Source: Psammoneis japonica (lineage: Eukaryota). Taken from it: a stretch of 64,000 bases of DNA. Location: contig QPGO01000022.1 of NCBI GenBank assembly GCA_008632985.1, positions 620,001 to 684,000 on the forward strand, read 5' to 3'. The position numbers and the translations under genes were made by a program. Shown here piece by piece: positions 1-11,622 of this stretch (positions within the stretch are counted from its first letter, which is position 1; each line of letters begins with the position of its first letter). The notes under the pieces were generated by a model. It was not told the DNA's origin, did not search any database, and worked only from the letters and a program-made list of their open reading frames with translations.

Positions 1-238
1 TATTTTTCCGATGAATTATTCTTTTTTAACTTCAAAAGAGCTTGTTCCGCTTGATGCACTGGCTTCATATCTCTAGCGACTCCCACTTCCCACTCTCGAA
101 CCTCTCTCTAAGACTCTTTCTGCTGTACCAAACAGAATAAGAGCGACGAACGTCGAGCGTCAGCGTCTTTGTTCGTTCGCGATGATGGGTTGCCGTTCGT
201 TTGGTGAAAGGGCGAGAGACAGACGGAACACCGATGTG

Positions 239-286
239 TCGAGCGAGCGCTCGCGAGCGAGCGAGCGAGCGCTCGCGAGCGAGCGA
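239..286. repeat. (GAGC)n-type CG-rich microsatellite
   Basis: tcgagcgagcgctcgcgagcgagcgagcgagcgctcgcgagcgagcga. Confidence 0.8.
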
Positions 287-316
287 TCCATCCACAGGAT
301 CTGTCTCGCTTCTGCC

Positions 317-787
317 TGCGGTTCACCAGCAAACTGGGTGAAGCAGGGACCTTCGTGGACTGGACTGGTGTGTTGATGGACACGTGCACGAGCCTTGCAT
401 CGTCCAATCCCAAGCTGGACGGCTGGGCCAGAGGGGTGGGCAAGGTGGGGGTGTTTGGGGCTGTCTCTCTCTGTTTCACTCTCTGCTGTGATGATGATCA
501 GCTGCTGTTGTTGCCGCGCTGCTTTTTGGAAGAGCTGCAAACGGAAAGCAACGAGGTGTGAGTTGCTCTCTGCTGAACACAAGCAGTCAATTGCTTGTGG
601 TGGTTGGAATGACTGCAATGGTTGGAGGAGCATTTCAATGGTCACGAGAGGGCTCCACCTCACCTTGTCGAGCTGCTTGAGGCAGAGCTGGGGCGGTGCC
701 ACACCCTCCGTTCACCTGTGTGGTTCACTGGCAAACTGGGGAAAACAAGAGTCTTCTTGGACAGGCCTGGTTTTGTCAGTCAGACAC
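317..787. repeat. pair of ~70-bp degenerate direct repeats (~317-384 and ~719-787), possibly terminal repeats of the adjacent YR retroelement
   Basis: tgcggttcaccagcaaactggg...tggactggactggt...gacac vs tgtggttcactggcaaactggg...tggacaggcctggt...gacac. Confidence 0.6.
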
Positions 788-929
788 CACATGAAGTGTG
801 TGAGAGACTCTGACTCGGGACCCGTGCCATGCACACACACTGGGAGGAGTTGGCCTGGTGGGTGAGGGTGCAACTGGAGAAGGATGTGGCATCATGGCCC
901 GCCAGCAGGCATGGGGACATTGGCATTGG

Positions 930-1760
930 CTAAGATGGAGGTTGAAGTCACTGGCAAGCATTTCTTGGGCAAAGTTGTGCATGGTGGGCTCTGCTTGGTG
1001 GGGTGATGGCATCGCAACATTCAGTCAGAATGCTGCCTGCCCAAGAGGAGTCATGCCAGATCAGCATCCACATGGGCACAGAAAACAATGCCATGGTGCC
1101 TGCTGTGGCATGACAACACTGAGCAGAAATGTCAGAGATCATGTGGCCAAAGTTGGCTGGGTCAAGAGCAACAACAGTGCTGTGCAGAAGAATGCGGGCA
1201 ATGTTGGCTGGCCCTGAGAGACATGACACCAGGCATCAATGTGAAAACATGTGCCAAGGGGCATGTGTCAGAATGTGCTCCATGGGTGCTGCACAAGCAT
1301 TTGGTGCAACAGACTGGAGCATGGGTGGGGCACAAATTGTGGTGGCCTAAAAAGCCTGGGCTCCAATTGCTTCCCCACGCATGCTGTTTTTCTGGGCTGT
1401 GAAAGCAAAGGCAGAGAAGAAAGCAGCGGCATGATCAAGTTGTGCATCAGGAACTTGGAACAAGTCCACACAGTGGCCACCTGTGGTCAGGCAAACACTG
1501 TCAAGGTGGAAAAGTGTCACATTGGATGGGGTGGTGGCACACTCTCTGCGACATGGCAGGGAAAAAAATGTGATGGCTGTCATGTCACCATCACAGCTTG
1601 GGCACCTGGTTGTTTGCTGGTGGCTGCTGCACACACGACATCCGCAAGAGGATGGCAATGGGGGGCTGGCTTTACCCAGCGTGGCAGTGGATCCTCTTTT
1701 TCTTTTGCAAAATGAACTTGGCGGGAAAGCCACAAATCCATCTTGCCCAACTTTTCTCAA
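930..1760 (-). pseudogene. degenerate tyrosine recombinase of a DIRS/Ngaro-type retrotransposon
   Basis: Stitching frames gives KEDPLPRWVKPAPI ... AITFFSL ... FTAQKNSMRGEAIG ... GTMALF-CAHVDADLA*LLLGRQHSD*MLRC ... QAEPTMHNFAQEML. This matches YR C-terminal motifs (SLRxGGAMAL...GRWxSDxMLRY); the catalytic Tyr reads as Cys. Confidence 0.7.
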
Positions 1761-2134
1761 CTTTCTGCCAACACAAATGACAGCAACATGTGCAGCAATT
1801 CATTGTTGCTGACAATGTGAGCCTGTCAAGCTGCTCCAAGTGTGTGGGTGGGTTGTTGTCATGAACAGTGCATTTTGAGTTGATCACCTTTGCTCAAACT
1901 TGATTTCTTTCAACTCCAAGAAATCATGGTTGCTCTTCTCACATGAGAGTTTTGAACTGCAGAGACGGAGGAACAGCTTTGTCCACTCACTGGGGGGAAC
2001 AAGGCAAGCAATGTGAGTGAGTCATTGTTTGTTTCCAAGGTGACAGTCACTTTTTCAATCATTTGCCATTGCCAAAGCCAGATTTTTGCCAGGTTTGGAC
2101 AATTGTGGTCATGTTTCTTGTGGGATTTTCAAGC

Positions 2135-2800
2135 CCAAGTCCTGCTCCAAGCAATGCACCACAACTGGCATGACACCACCACCAAGTTGCGCTCACTGGC
2201 AATGATTTGAGATGCTCCAAGCAGTGGTGTGCTGAGTGCAAGCGCCTCATTTCTAGCTTGGCAGAGGTTGGCATGTTTTTTAATGCCAACACCTTTGCAG
2301 TCACCAAGTGTGGTCCCTGCTCCCAGCAATGCACCAACTCACATGACACCACACTGCTGAGTCACTGTTGTTGGCAGTGATTTGATGCTCCAAGCAGAGG
2401 GCTGAGTGCAAGTGCTGTTCTCAGCTTAAAACCCAGAATTCCAAAGCTGACACCTTGACAGTCACCAAGTGCAAGTCCTGCTCCCAGCAATGTGCCAACT
2501 CACATGACACCACCACAGTCACCAACGATCATTTGATGGCGCTTAAAGCAAAGTGCCAAGTGTGAGCCCTGGTCCAGCTTGGAGCTGGTGCATCGGCAAT
2601 CTCCAAGTGTCAGCCCTGCTCCTGGCAATGCACAAACTCACATGACACCACCACCAAGTCACAGTCATCTGTGACTGGGGTTGATGCTCCAAACAGAGTG
2701 CTGGTCTGTTCCTGCAGGAAAGTCCATCAAGCAGCCCTGCTCCAAGCGATGCTCCAAGCAGCAGAGCACCAAGCTCAAGTGTGCCCTGCTCCCTTGGAGT
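2135..2800. repeat. degenerate tandem repeat, ~140-175 bp unit, 4-5 copies
   Basis: Recurring cctgctcc..gcaatg..c.aactcacatgacaccac...gatgctccaa.cag near 2140, 2315, 2477, 2614. Confidence 0.75.
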
Positions 2801-3282
2801 CAAAGAAACTGCAGTGCAAATGTCTTGGCATTGTGAAGCACCTTCTCTGCAACCATGTGCAGCACCTTCATAAAGCCCGTCAGCTGTCCTGAGTTCCATG
2901 CCAGGTGGCATCCAGTTGCTGGTCTGTCCAGAGTCAGCCAAGCCATGTGCCTTCTCCACAGCCATCCACAGTGCTTGTTGTCTGTCAACCCTTTTATGGT
3001 GCCCTTGCCCCCCCCCCCCCCCCCCCACCCCTCCGAAATGCCAACTGCAGCTCCTAGCAACATGCCATCAGCGCTCCAACAGCAGAACCAAGTGATTTTC
3101 TGTCTCTTTTGCCTTCTTCTGTGCCCTTAACTCCTCTGACTGGCTCTACTAGAGGTCCACTTTGACGCTGAATCGGCATGCTTATGTGCATGTAACCAGT
3201 CCGCGTGTGGCAGAGATGACAGTAATTGAAAAGGACTGCAGATCTGTCTCTAAATATCTCTGGATTAAACGCGCTACAGTAG

Positions 3283-4644
3283 TTAGGATAAACCAAAGAT
3301 TTCCATGGCACATCCTGCTCCACCCTCGTCGTTTGTTTCGTCCATGACGAAGTCGGCTGATTCTTTTGCCACCGAACAAGCATTGCCAACAGCAACACCA
3401 AGAGCGGCCATTTCCAACATTTCAGCATCGTTCTCAGCGTCGCCGATTGCCAGCAGTTGCTTCGTTGGATCAATACCAAGAGCCTCGCACAGTTTCGTGA
3501 CCCCTTGTGCCTTGGAACAACCCTCTGGTATCAGCTCTAACATTGTCGGGATCGCTTGCGTCACGGAAGCCCCACTTCTACCGGCCAACGCCTCCAACTT
3601 TGGTCTAATGTCCTTCTTAAGTCTTGAAACGTCGTCATCCATTACCAGAATCTTGTGCATCAATGAATCGTGCACAGCAAACGACTCGATACGTTGTGCC
3701 ATTGGCTCCCCGTACCGTTCATGAAGCTCTATCACTTTGGGTGTCAATTCCGTAGAGTAGATGTTATCACCATCATAGGCAACCGCGGAAAGGCCGGCAT
3801 TTTGTTTCACTAGTTCCTCACATGCCTCAATCGCGGCGCGATTAAGTTTTTGTTCAAACACGACATTGCCCGCGCCATCGACACAATAAAGACCTTGGAT
3901 GTAGACGCCAGGACCGTTAATCAATTGAGACCCAAGTTCAGGCCCGAGTGAGTCGAGCGCTCCTTTTCTGGTTTTTCCTGTCGCTGGGAAGAAATACTGG
4001 AGTTTTTCCTTTACCGAAGCTACGGATTTCATTGCTCTCAAAACTGCCTGCCGTGTCCTCGGGTGTAGGGACTGGCGACTCGATAAGAGCGTTCCGTCCA
4101 CGTCAGAAGCAATAGCGCATATGTTCGAAATGGTGTTCCGCGTCTTGTTGTCCATCCAAGAGTTGTCACTCAATCTCCCTGACGGTGCTTCAATCTGAAT
4201 GTCGTTTCCCTCCACATTGGTTGTTTGCAATACCAACTCATGAAGAGATGGAGGTACTGATGCTGGCTCTCCCCCGTCTATACAAGTGCTCTCTTTATCT
4301 GTTATCGCTCGTGTTTTAGCAAGCTGAGTGTGCACTTGAAGGACATTGAATAGTTCGTCTTCGTCGTATAAATCAGCGGAGCTTAGGCCTCTTCGAGCGG
4401 AAGCAAAACCTTGTGCAAAAGGGTTCGTAGGAATGTTCCCATTTCCAAACATTTTTCGTGTCATCTCATCCAGTATCTGGCTTCTCTTCTCTTCGTCTTC
4501 AGACATGTTTAGTGGCCATCTTGCTTTGAATGCGATTTTGCTGCATTCGCAAGGCAGGCTGACAAATCCACCAACGCGACAACAGCAGCGTACGAAGAAG
4601 CAGATGAGCCACAGGAACTGGCTCCATCTCGTTTGCATATGCAT
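3283..4644 (-). CDS. Cof-type HAD-superfamily (IIB) hydrolase, probably plastid-targeted
   Basis: 453-aa ORF with HAD motif I (IASDVDGTLL), ATGK and motif IV (AIGDAENDAEMLEMAALGVAVGNA); N-terminal signal peptide followed by VGG-F, an ASAFAP-like cleavage site. Confidence 0.9.
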   Translation of the reverse strand: MHMQTRWSQFLWLICFFVRCCCRVGGFVSLPCECSKIAFKARWPLNMSEDEEKRSQILDEMTRKMFGNGNIPTNPFAQGFASARRGLSSADLYDEDELFNVLQVHTQLAKTRAITDKESTCIDGGEPASVPPSLHELVLQTTNVEGNDIQIEAPSGRLSDNSWMDNKTRNTISNICAIASDVDGTLLSSRQSLHPRTRQAVLRAMKSVASVKEKLQYFFPATGKTRKGALDSLGPELGSQLINGPGVYIQGLYCVDGAGNVVFEQKLNRAAIEACEELVKQNAGLSAVAYDGDNIYSTELTPKVIELHERYGEPMAQRIESFAVHDSLMHKILVMDDDVSRLKKDIRPKLEALAGRSGASVTQAIPTMLELIPEGCSKAQGVTKLCEALGIDPTKQLLAIGDAENDAEMLEMAALGVAVGNACSVAKESADFVMDETNDEGGAGCAMEIFGLS

Positions 4645-5616
4645 ATTTCAAATCCGGCTGCTCTAGAGGTTTGATGTTTCAGTTGTCGCGTCTAATGGAT
4701 GGTTTCAATTCTCTACGTTCAAAGCGTACGCATGTGGTTGCCGTCGGCGTAGGATCGTTGTGTCATTGTCGTTTCGCATTTTCACCTTCCATTTTCTCTG
4801 TTCGCCACGTCATCGCGCTCGCTGCGCGTGCAGCTATGGGTGGGGACGCCGTATAAATCACGTAGAGACGAATTTTCTTGGATCGAAACGAGAGTTACCT
4901 TGGTCGATGGAGGGTGTTACGGCGGTCTTAAAATGGGGGGTAACTTTTTCATTTGCCTTGTGTTCATCGATAATGAGATCGATGAAGTGACCGCAATTTT
5001 CCCGTGCTTTGCCGTGCAATCACGACTGAAAACATTTCGATTTTTCGAAAATCCCACCATTGCTCGTTTGCAGTTTTGGAATGTCACTGCAACTTTTGTC
5101 ATGCCAACACTGGCCAACATCAAAAGCAGAGGCTCTCACGTCTCTGACAACATGTCTGCCATGTCACCTGACTCCACAGTTGGAAAGAACGTGAAACGGC
5201 ACTTTGGTCGCTTTTGCCGCACTTCACCATGTTGTGGTCACGACTGAAAATCCTTGATGACTCGTTTGCAGTTTTAGAGTGTTGTTGCGGCTGTCATGAC
5301 ACCAAAAGTGACCGATGTCAATTGCAGAATCTCTTGCATCTCTGACAATTTGTCTGCCACTGCAGTTGTCACTCCAGTTGCAGAGAATGATCAATGGCGT
5401 TGTTCTTGCTTTTCCCGCACTTTGCCGCGCAAAAATCTGCCATTTCAAATGCGTGCCCGTTTCGCAGCGATGCCAAGGTCGGTCACAGGTCCCATTTTCT
5501 GATGTGCTCAACTCTGCATTTTTTGTCCTTTCCAGAGTGCTGTGCCATGCCAGTGGCCTGATTCTTCCCACTCATCCTCTTCACCTTCAAAGTCTGAATC
5601 TTCTCATCGTCACTCT

Positions 5617-5862
5617 TGACAGGATTTGAACAAGATTTTAGTTTGTCACACACAATTGTGTGTGCTCTCAGTTCCGGGCACGTTGCATGATGCAGTTTGC
5701 TTTCAAGCCACATGGCTCACAAGAATGATGACAGCAGCACCGACATCATGACACCAGTCTTTTGGCTCCTGTGATGGTCTCTGCATGGAGACTCATCTGC
5801 TGTTCAGACAGCAGCAAGGAGTCATTGCATTCTTCCACCCCAGTCATCTTCATTTTCTGTCA
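5617..5862 (+). repeat. 5' LTR of copia 1 (followed by a tandem copy of its 3' half, 5863-5990)
   Basis: Aligns to 10364-10609; TG...CA ends. Confidence 0.92.
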
Positions 5863-5990
5863 CAGTGCCGACATCACGACACCAGTTTTTTGGCTCCTGT
5901 GATGGTCTCTGCATGGAGACTCATCTGCTGTTTAGACAGCAGTGAGGAGTTGTTGTTTTCTTCCACCCCAGTCATCTTCATTTTCTGTCA

Positions 5991-8900
5991 GAACACCTTG
6001 CCCCAGCCCACCAAGGCCATCATTCTTGGCTTGCGCAATGCCCACACCGGCAACTGCCATGACTTGACGGCGGCCAACCTGCACAACCTCCATCTTGGCA
6101 GTGACGGCAATGTCAACTTGTCCGCCAACACCCATGATCTTGCATCGGAACTTGCACCATCCGACGCTGCCGCCGACACGGCCGATGCCAACCCCATCCC
6201 CCAGCCCATCTCACATGGCGCAAGCCTTTACCACCCGGCAATTTGCAACGCCTCCTGGCACCTGAACGGCCCCCCTCTGCCCACTCTGGTGAGAACCCCC
6301 CTGGATCTACACCTTCTGTCTGCTCCGATGAGAAATCCAATGGATCTGTGTCCCTCCGCACTGCCGACACTGACACTGAGCTTAACGGTCAAAAACACCG
6401 TCGCGTCAACAACCACAATGTCGTCTGCTCTGCCTTGACCCACAAGTCAACTCACAAAGGTGCTCTTGTGGATCGTGGTGCAAACAGTGGCATCGCAGGT
6501 GATGATGTTCGTGTCATTGCCCGCAATGGTCACCAGGTTGATGTCCAAGGTGTCAATGATCATCAACCAGTCAACACCCCCATTGTCACTGCTGGTGGTG
6601 TCATCCACATGCAACGCGGCCCTGCCATTGCCATCCTTCACCAGCGCGCCTGCACTGGAAAGGGGAAGACAATGCACTCTTGCAGCCAGCTTGAGTGGTG
6701 CAAACATGATGTCAACGATCGGTCCATCAAGGTCCCCAACGGTCTGCAGCACATCACCACCATTGATGGACACATCATTCCCATCGACATTAAAGCCGGC
6801 CTTCCGTACATTGCCATGCGCCCGTGCACCGACGCCGAATGGGACACTCTGCCACATGTCATTCTCACTGGTGATGACACATGGGATCCATCTGTCCTTG
6901 ACCACCAGTTCACCAATGATGAGACATGGTGTGATGCCATGTCTGACCTCCAAGACGACCCGACTGCCAACCTCTTTGATGAGTTTGGCAACTGTCATCA
7001 CCGCCATGTTGTCAACAACGCCATGCTTGCAGACTCCGTCCTTGATGATCACCTGCTCCTGACATCTGATTTCTTCTGTGAATGCCATGAGCGTGAACTC
7101 CATCCAAAGGATCCCGACTTTGAGTCTCTCCGCCCTTGTTTTGGCTTTCTCCCAGAGGACACTGTTCACCGCACTTTTGATTGCATGAAGCAGTGTGCCC
7201 GCATGCCAGCCAGCACACACCTGAAAAAGGCATGCAAGTTGCCCAACCCGGCTCTCAATGTCCACCAACGCAATGAACCCATTGTTGCTGACACGGTGCA
7301 CTCCAACACCCCTGCTGTTGACTCTGGTTGCACCAGCGCCCAGCTCTTTGTCGGCACAGAATCTCTCGTCACTGACGTGTGTGGCACCAAAACTGACAAA
7401 GAATTTGTCAACACCCTCGAAGACAACATTTGCAATCATGGTGCCCCGTCCAAGCTCATCAGCGACCGCGCACAAGTTGAGATCAGCAACAAGGTTCTTG
7501 GCATCATTTGTGCCCTCTTCATCCCCAGTTGGCAAAGCGAGCCTCACCAACAGCATCAGAATTTTGCTGAATGCCGCCACCAAACTGTGAAGACCATGGC
7601 CAACACTGTCATGGATTGCTTCAGGTCCCTGGCTTGCACCTTGCTGCTCGCCCTGATGAGCGTGTGCTTTGTCCCCAACCACACGGCGTCCACCAAGCTC
7701 CACTGGCACACCCCCACCGAGGTGCCATCCGGCTCTACTCCCGACATCAGCCCGCTCCTCTGCTTTCAATGGTGGGAACCCGTGTGCTGCCACCTGGATG
7801 ATTCCGACTGGCCGTCCGAATCCCGTGAATTACGTGGTCACTTCATTGGCATCGCCGAACACGTTGGTCACCAAATGACATTCAAGATTCTTTCCAACGA
7901 CACTCAGAAGATTCTCTGCCGTTCCAACATGCGTTCTGCCCATGATCCATCTGCTCCAAACCTGCGTCTTGATCCTCCTGAGAAGAAATCTGCTGAACCT
8001 GTCATCAAACCCCACCACGACTCCGAGGATTTGCCAGATTCACCAGATGGGGAGGCGATCAGGATGCCCAAAATGCCGGTCTTTGACCCCGAGGACATCA
8101 TCGGATGCACCTTCCTCATGAAGCCACAAGAGGATGGACAACGCCACAGAGCCCACATCGTCAAAGCCGTTGAGGACCATGACTGGAAAATCAGAGTCAA
8201 TCCTGAACTGGTCAAGTTCATTTGCTCCACCAACAATGACGAGTGTGAGGAAATCCCAGCCTGCAACAACATCATGCACCACACTGAGCAAGAAGATGAG
8301 GACACCACCCTCTGGAAGTTCCAATGCATCGCAACAAAATGCATCGCATTGCACGAAGGACCATTGCAACCCCATGATCCCTCTTGGAAAGACTCAAGCT
8401 ACAACATCATGCTTGAATGGGAGAATGGGGAGATCACGTCCGAACCCCTTGCCACCATTGCCAAAGATGATCCTGTCACCTGTGCCATCTGCACACGTGA
8501 GCATGGCCTTCTTGAAACCAAAGGATGGGGGTGCTTTTGCAAGATGGCCTTGCATCAGAAGAAGCCATTCCGCATGGCCAACCAGGCCAAGTTGCACTCC
8601 TTTTGCACTGCGCCATGACACAAGTGCGGGTGTGAAGTGCCGCGCGACTGCAAGCATGCCCTGGCCCTTGATGAGCGCAATGGCAACTGCAAGTGGGGAG
8701 ACGCAACGGACCTTGAGATGACTCAGCTTGATGAGCATGAGGTCTTCCGTGACTGCGGACACTGCAAGGATTCCAGTGCTCCATCAGGACACAAGAAGAT
8801 CCGGGTGCATCTCGTCTGCAACGTCAAACATGATGGACGGCACAAAGCAAGGCTTGTTGCCGATGGACACCTCACAGACGCGCCCGTCAACAGTGTCTGT

Positions 8901-10376
8901 TCTGGAGCAGTGTCTCTCCGTGGCCTGCGAATGATGATCTTCCTGGCCGAATTCAATGAACTAGAGACTTGGGCCACTGACATTGGGAATGCCCATCTCA
9001 AAGCTGTGACCAAGGAGAAACTGCACATCGCAGCAGGCCCCAAGTTCGGTGAGCTGGAAGGACACATCCTTGTCATCCACAAGGCCTTGCACGGACTCCG
9101 CAGCTCCGGCCTCAGATGGCATGAACACTTTGCTGATTGCTTGCATGCCAAAGGCTTCTTCCCATGCAAAGCCAAACCCAACATCTGGCTGCACAGGAAT
9201 GGTGACCACTGTGAACATGTGGCAGTGCATGTGGATGACCCAGCCTTTGCCATGAAGGACCCCCAGGCTTTTGCAAACACCCTCATGGAGAAATGCAAGT
9301 TCAAGCTCAAGGGCACTGGACCATTGGAGTTCCATCTTGGCTGCGACTTCACCCGTGACCCAGACGGCACCCTGTGCCTTGCTCCCTGCAAGCACATTGA
9401 GCACATGGTTGGCAACTGCGCGCGCCTCTTTGGGGAGAAGCCCTGCACTGATGTGCTTTCACCCCTTGACAAGGGAGACCACCCTGAGCTCGACACCTCT
9501 GAACAGCTCGAACTGGAGGGCATCCACCAATTTCAATCCTTGGTTGGATCCCTGCAATGGGCCGCATCTCTTGGTCGCATTGACATCACTGCGGCTGTCA
9601 TGTCCCTGTCCAGCTTCCGTGCAGTGCCCTGCCAAGGCCACCTGGACTGCGCCAAACGCATCTGTGGATTCCTTTCCAAGATGCATCATGGTGCCCTCCG
9701 AGTGCGCGCTGAGGAGCCCGACTGTTCGGACCTCCCCAAGCCCGTGCATGACTGGGCTCAATCTGTGTGTGGGGAGGTAGAAGAGCTGCTCCCACAAGAT
9801 GCGCCCGAGCCACTTGGCAAGTTCATCACCACCACACACCACGTTGATGCGAACTTGTTCCATTGCATGCTCACTGGGTGCTCTGTCACTGGCATCCTCC
9901 ATTTCCTCAACAAGTTTCCGGCTGATTGGTTCTCTGAGAAACAAGCAACAGTCGAGACTGCCACGCATGGATCAGAGTTTGTTGCCGCAAGGACATGCGT
10001 TGAGCAGATCATTGATCTGTGCATCACTTTGCTTCACCTTGGCGTCCCCATTCGTGAAACATGTCACATGTTCGGGGACAACAAGTCAGTTGTGGACAGC
10101 GCCACCATCCCGCACTCCAAGTTGCACAAGCAACACACCGCCCTCTTGTTCCATCGGGTGCGCAAGGTGATTGCCTCCGGTTTCCTTGAGCTTCATTTCA
10201 TCGAAGGCTCCCGCAACCCAGCTGACATCCTCAGCAAGCATTGGGGTCACTCCCAAGTCTGGAGCCTCCTTTGTCCTCTGATGTTTTGGAACTTTGATCC
10301 CAAGGCTTTCAACCAATCTGACCTCAAATCTGTTGCTGTTGACCCCTCAAGCAAACTGGGGAGTGACAGGATTTGA
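5991..10376 (+). pseudogene. copia 1 gag(C-term)-pol pseudogene (protease, integrase, RT, RNase H)
   Basis: ALVDRGANSG (protease), LISDRAQVE..QSEPHQQHQNFAE (integrase), HDGRHKARLVADGH, DIGNAHL, HVDD (RT) and NPADILSK (RNase H); TGA stop at 8616-8618. Confidence 0.92.
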
Positions 10377-10609
10377 ACAAGATTTTGGTTTGTCACACAC
10401 AATTGTGTGTGCTCTCAGCTCCGTGCATGTCGCGCAATGCAGTTTGCTTTCAAGCCACGTGGCTCACAAGAACAACAACAGCAGTGCCAACATCGCAACA
10501 CCAGTCTTTTGGCTCCTGCAATGGTCTCTGCACGGAGACTCATCTGCTGTTAAGACAGCAGCAAGGAGTTGTTGTTTTCTTCCACCCCAGTCATCTTCAT
10601 TTTCTGTCA
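10364..10609 (+). repeat. 3' LTR of copia 1
   Basis: Follows the PPT; ends tttctgtca before TSD ACTCT. Confidence 0.92.
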
Positions 10610-11622
10610 ACTCTCCTTGACACCCGCTGTTGCTTGCAGGGGTGCTGTGTCAGTGTGGGCCACAGACTGTTGTGAGTGACACTGTGCATTTTTAGAAGCA
10701 AGAGTGGACAGCATGCTCGGCATCAAAGCAAGTCACGACCTGGTCTTTTGGTCACAGCATTTGGAGCCACACATTGCAGTTTTGGCTTCATTGCCATGAC
10801 GCTGTCCACACTCCTCCAGCACCAGCAAAAGGTAGCATGCGCTGACGACACTTCCATGAGAGCATGGTGTTTGCTTCTCGGTGGCAACATCAACCTCAGC
10901 TTTGTCAAAAAATGTCCAGAAGCTCTTGCGTTGGTTTCAGCTTCAACCGGTTGTCCGCACAGATCCAATGTGAGTGATTTCTTCTCATCCGCAACTTGCG
11001 ACATCACTTTCATGCCCATTGCGTGAACAGCTGATTGCCGGCAGATGATGGCGGATGTGACAATTCAAAGGGGCTGTCTGAAACAGTGATTCTGAAGGCA
11101 CCAAAGCGATTTGGTGAGAAACGGTGGGCTGGTTTGGTTGTCGCGCTTGGCAAAGGCTGTGGCGGGAGATGAAAGCTCGGACTTGCGTCTTGTGACTGCA
11201 CGTTGAGTCTTGTGAATCGTGATGTGTGGTGACACTTTTCTTTTTGTCACGACGTCGACGACCGCCATGGTCCATTTGGGCAAAAAGTTTGATTTTTCTA
11301 AAAAAATAGCACCTGCGTGATTTTTACGGCGTCCCCACCCATGGCAGCACGAAAGTCAGGGTCATACAAACAGCAATGTAGATAATGACGTGTCATTTCT
11401 TAGGGAATTGACATAAAGCAGTTGGCTGCATCAGCTTCATTCACAAAAAGTATACAGGAATAAATACATATACATAAACATTTCAATGTTCTTTGAGGCG
11501 AAAGTTGAAGTGTGCTACGTACGGAATCGTATGTTTTCACGTGGCAGATGGCGACTCTGAAGTTTTCGATTTTGTGTTTTTCGTGAAAGAGATAGTTTCG
11601 AGTTGTATTTGAGGGCATCACG

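Larger units (their letters stand above)
140..3125. other. TpA-depleted (and largely CpG-depleted) repeat domain 1
   Basis: Only about ten TA dinucleotides counted by eye in ~3 kb, with TG/CA dominant; TA returns abruptly near the HAD gene 3' end (~3128). Confidence 0.9.
5617..10609 (+). mobile_element. Ty1/copia (CoDi-like) LTR retrotransposon 1, internally deleted
   Basis: 246-bp LTRs TGACAG...CTGTCA at 5617-5862 and 10364-10609; 5-bp TSD ACTCT (5612-5616; 10610-10614); PPT aaactggggag before the 3' LTR; PR-IN-RT-RH domain order. Confidence 0.95.
4980..11290. other. TpA-depleted repeat domain 2
   Basis: TA nearly absent; the 579-aa RT/RNaseH ORF 8637-10376 contains no tyrosine. Confidence 0.9.
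4835..11343. mobile_element. non-autonomous TIR DNA element (~1.5 kb without its nested insert) that contains copia element 1
   Basis: ~30-bp imperfect TIRs TATGGGTGGGGACGCCGTATAAATCACGTAG (from 4835) / CTGCGTGATTTTTACGGCGTCCCCACCCATG (to 11343), flanked by the 5-bp direct repeat GCAGC (4830-4834; 11344-11348). Confidence 0.75.

Noticed and set aside
2135..2800. CRISPR-like array
   Set aside because: The units are long and degenerate with no unique spacers, the context is eukaryotic and there are no cas genes.
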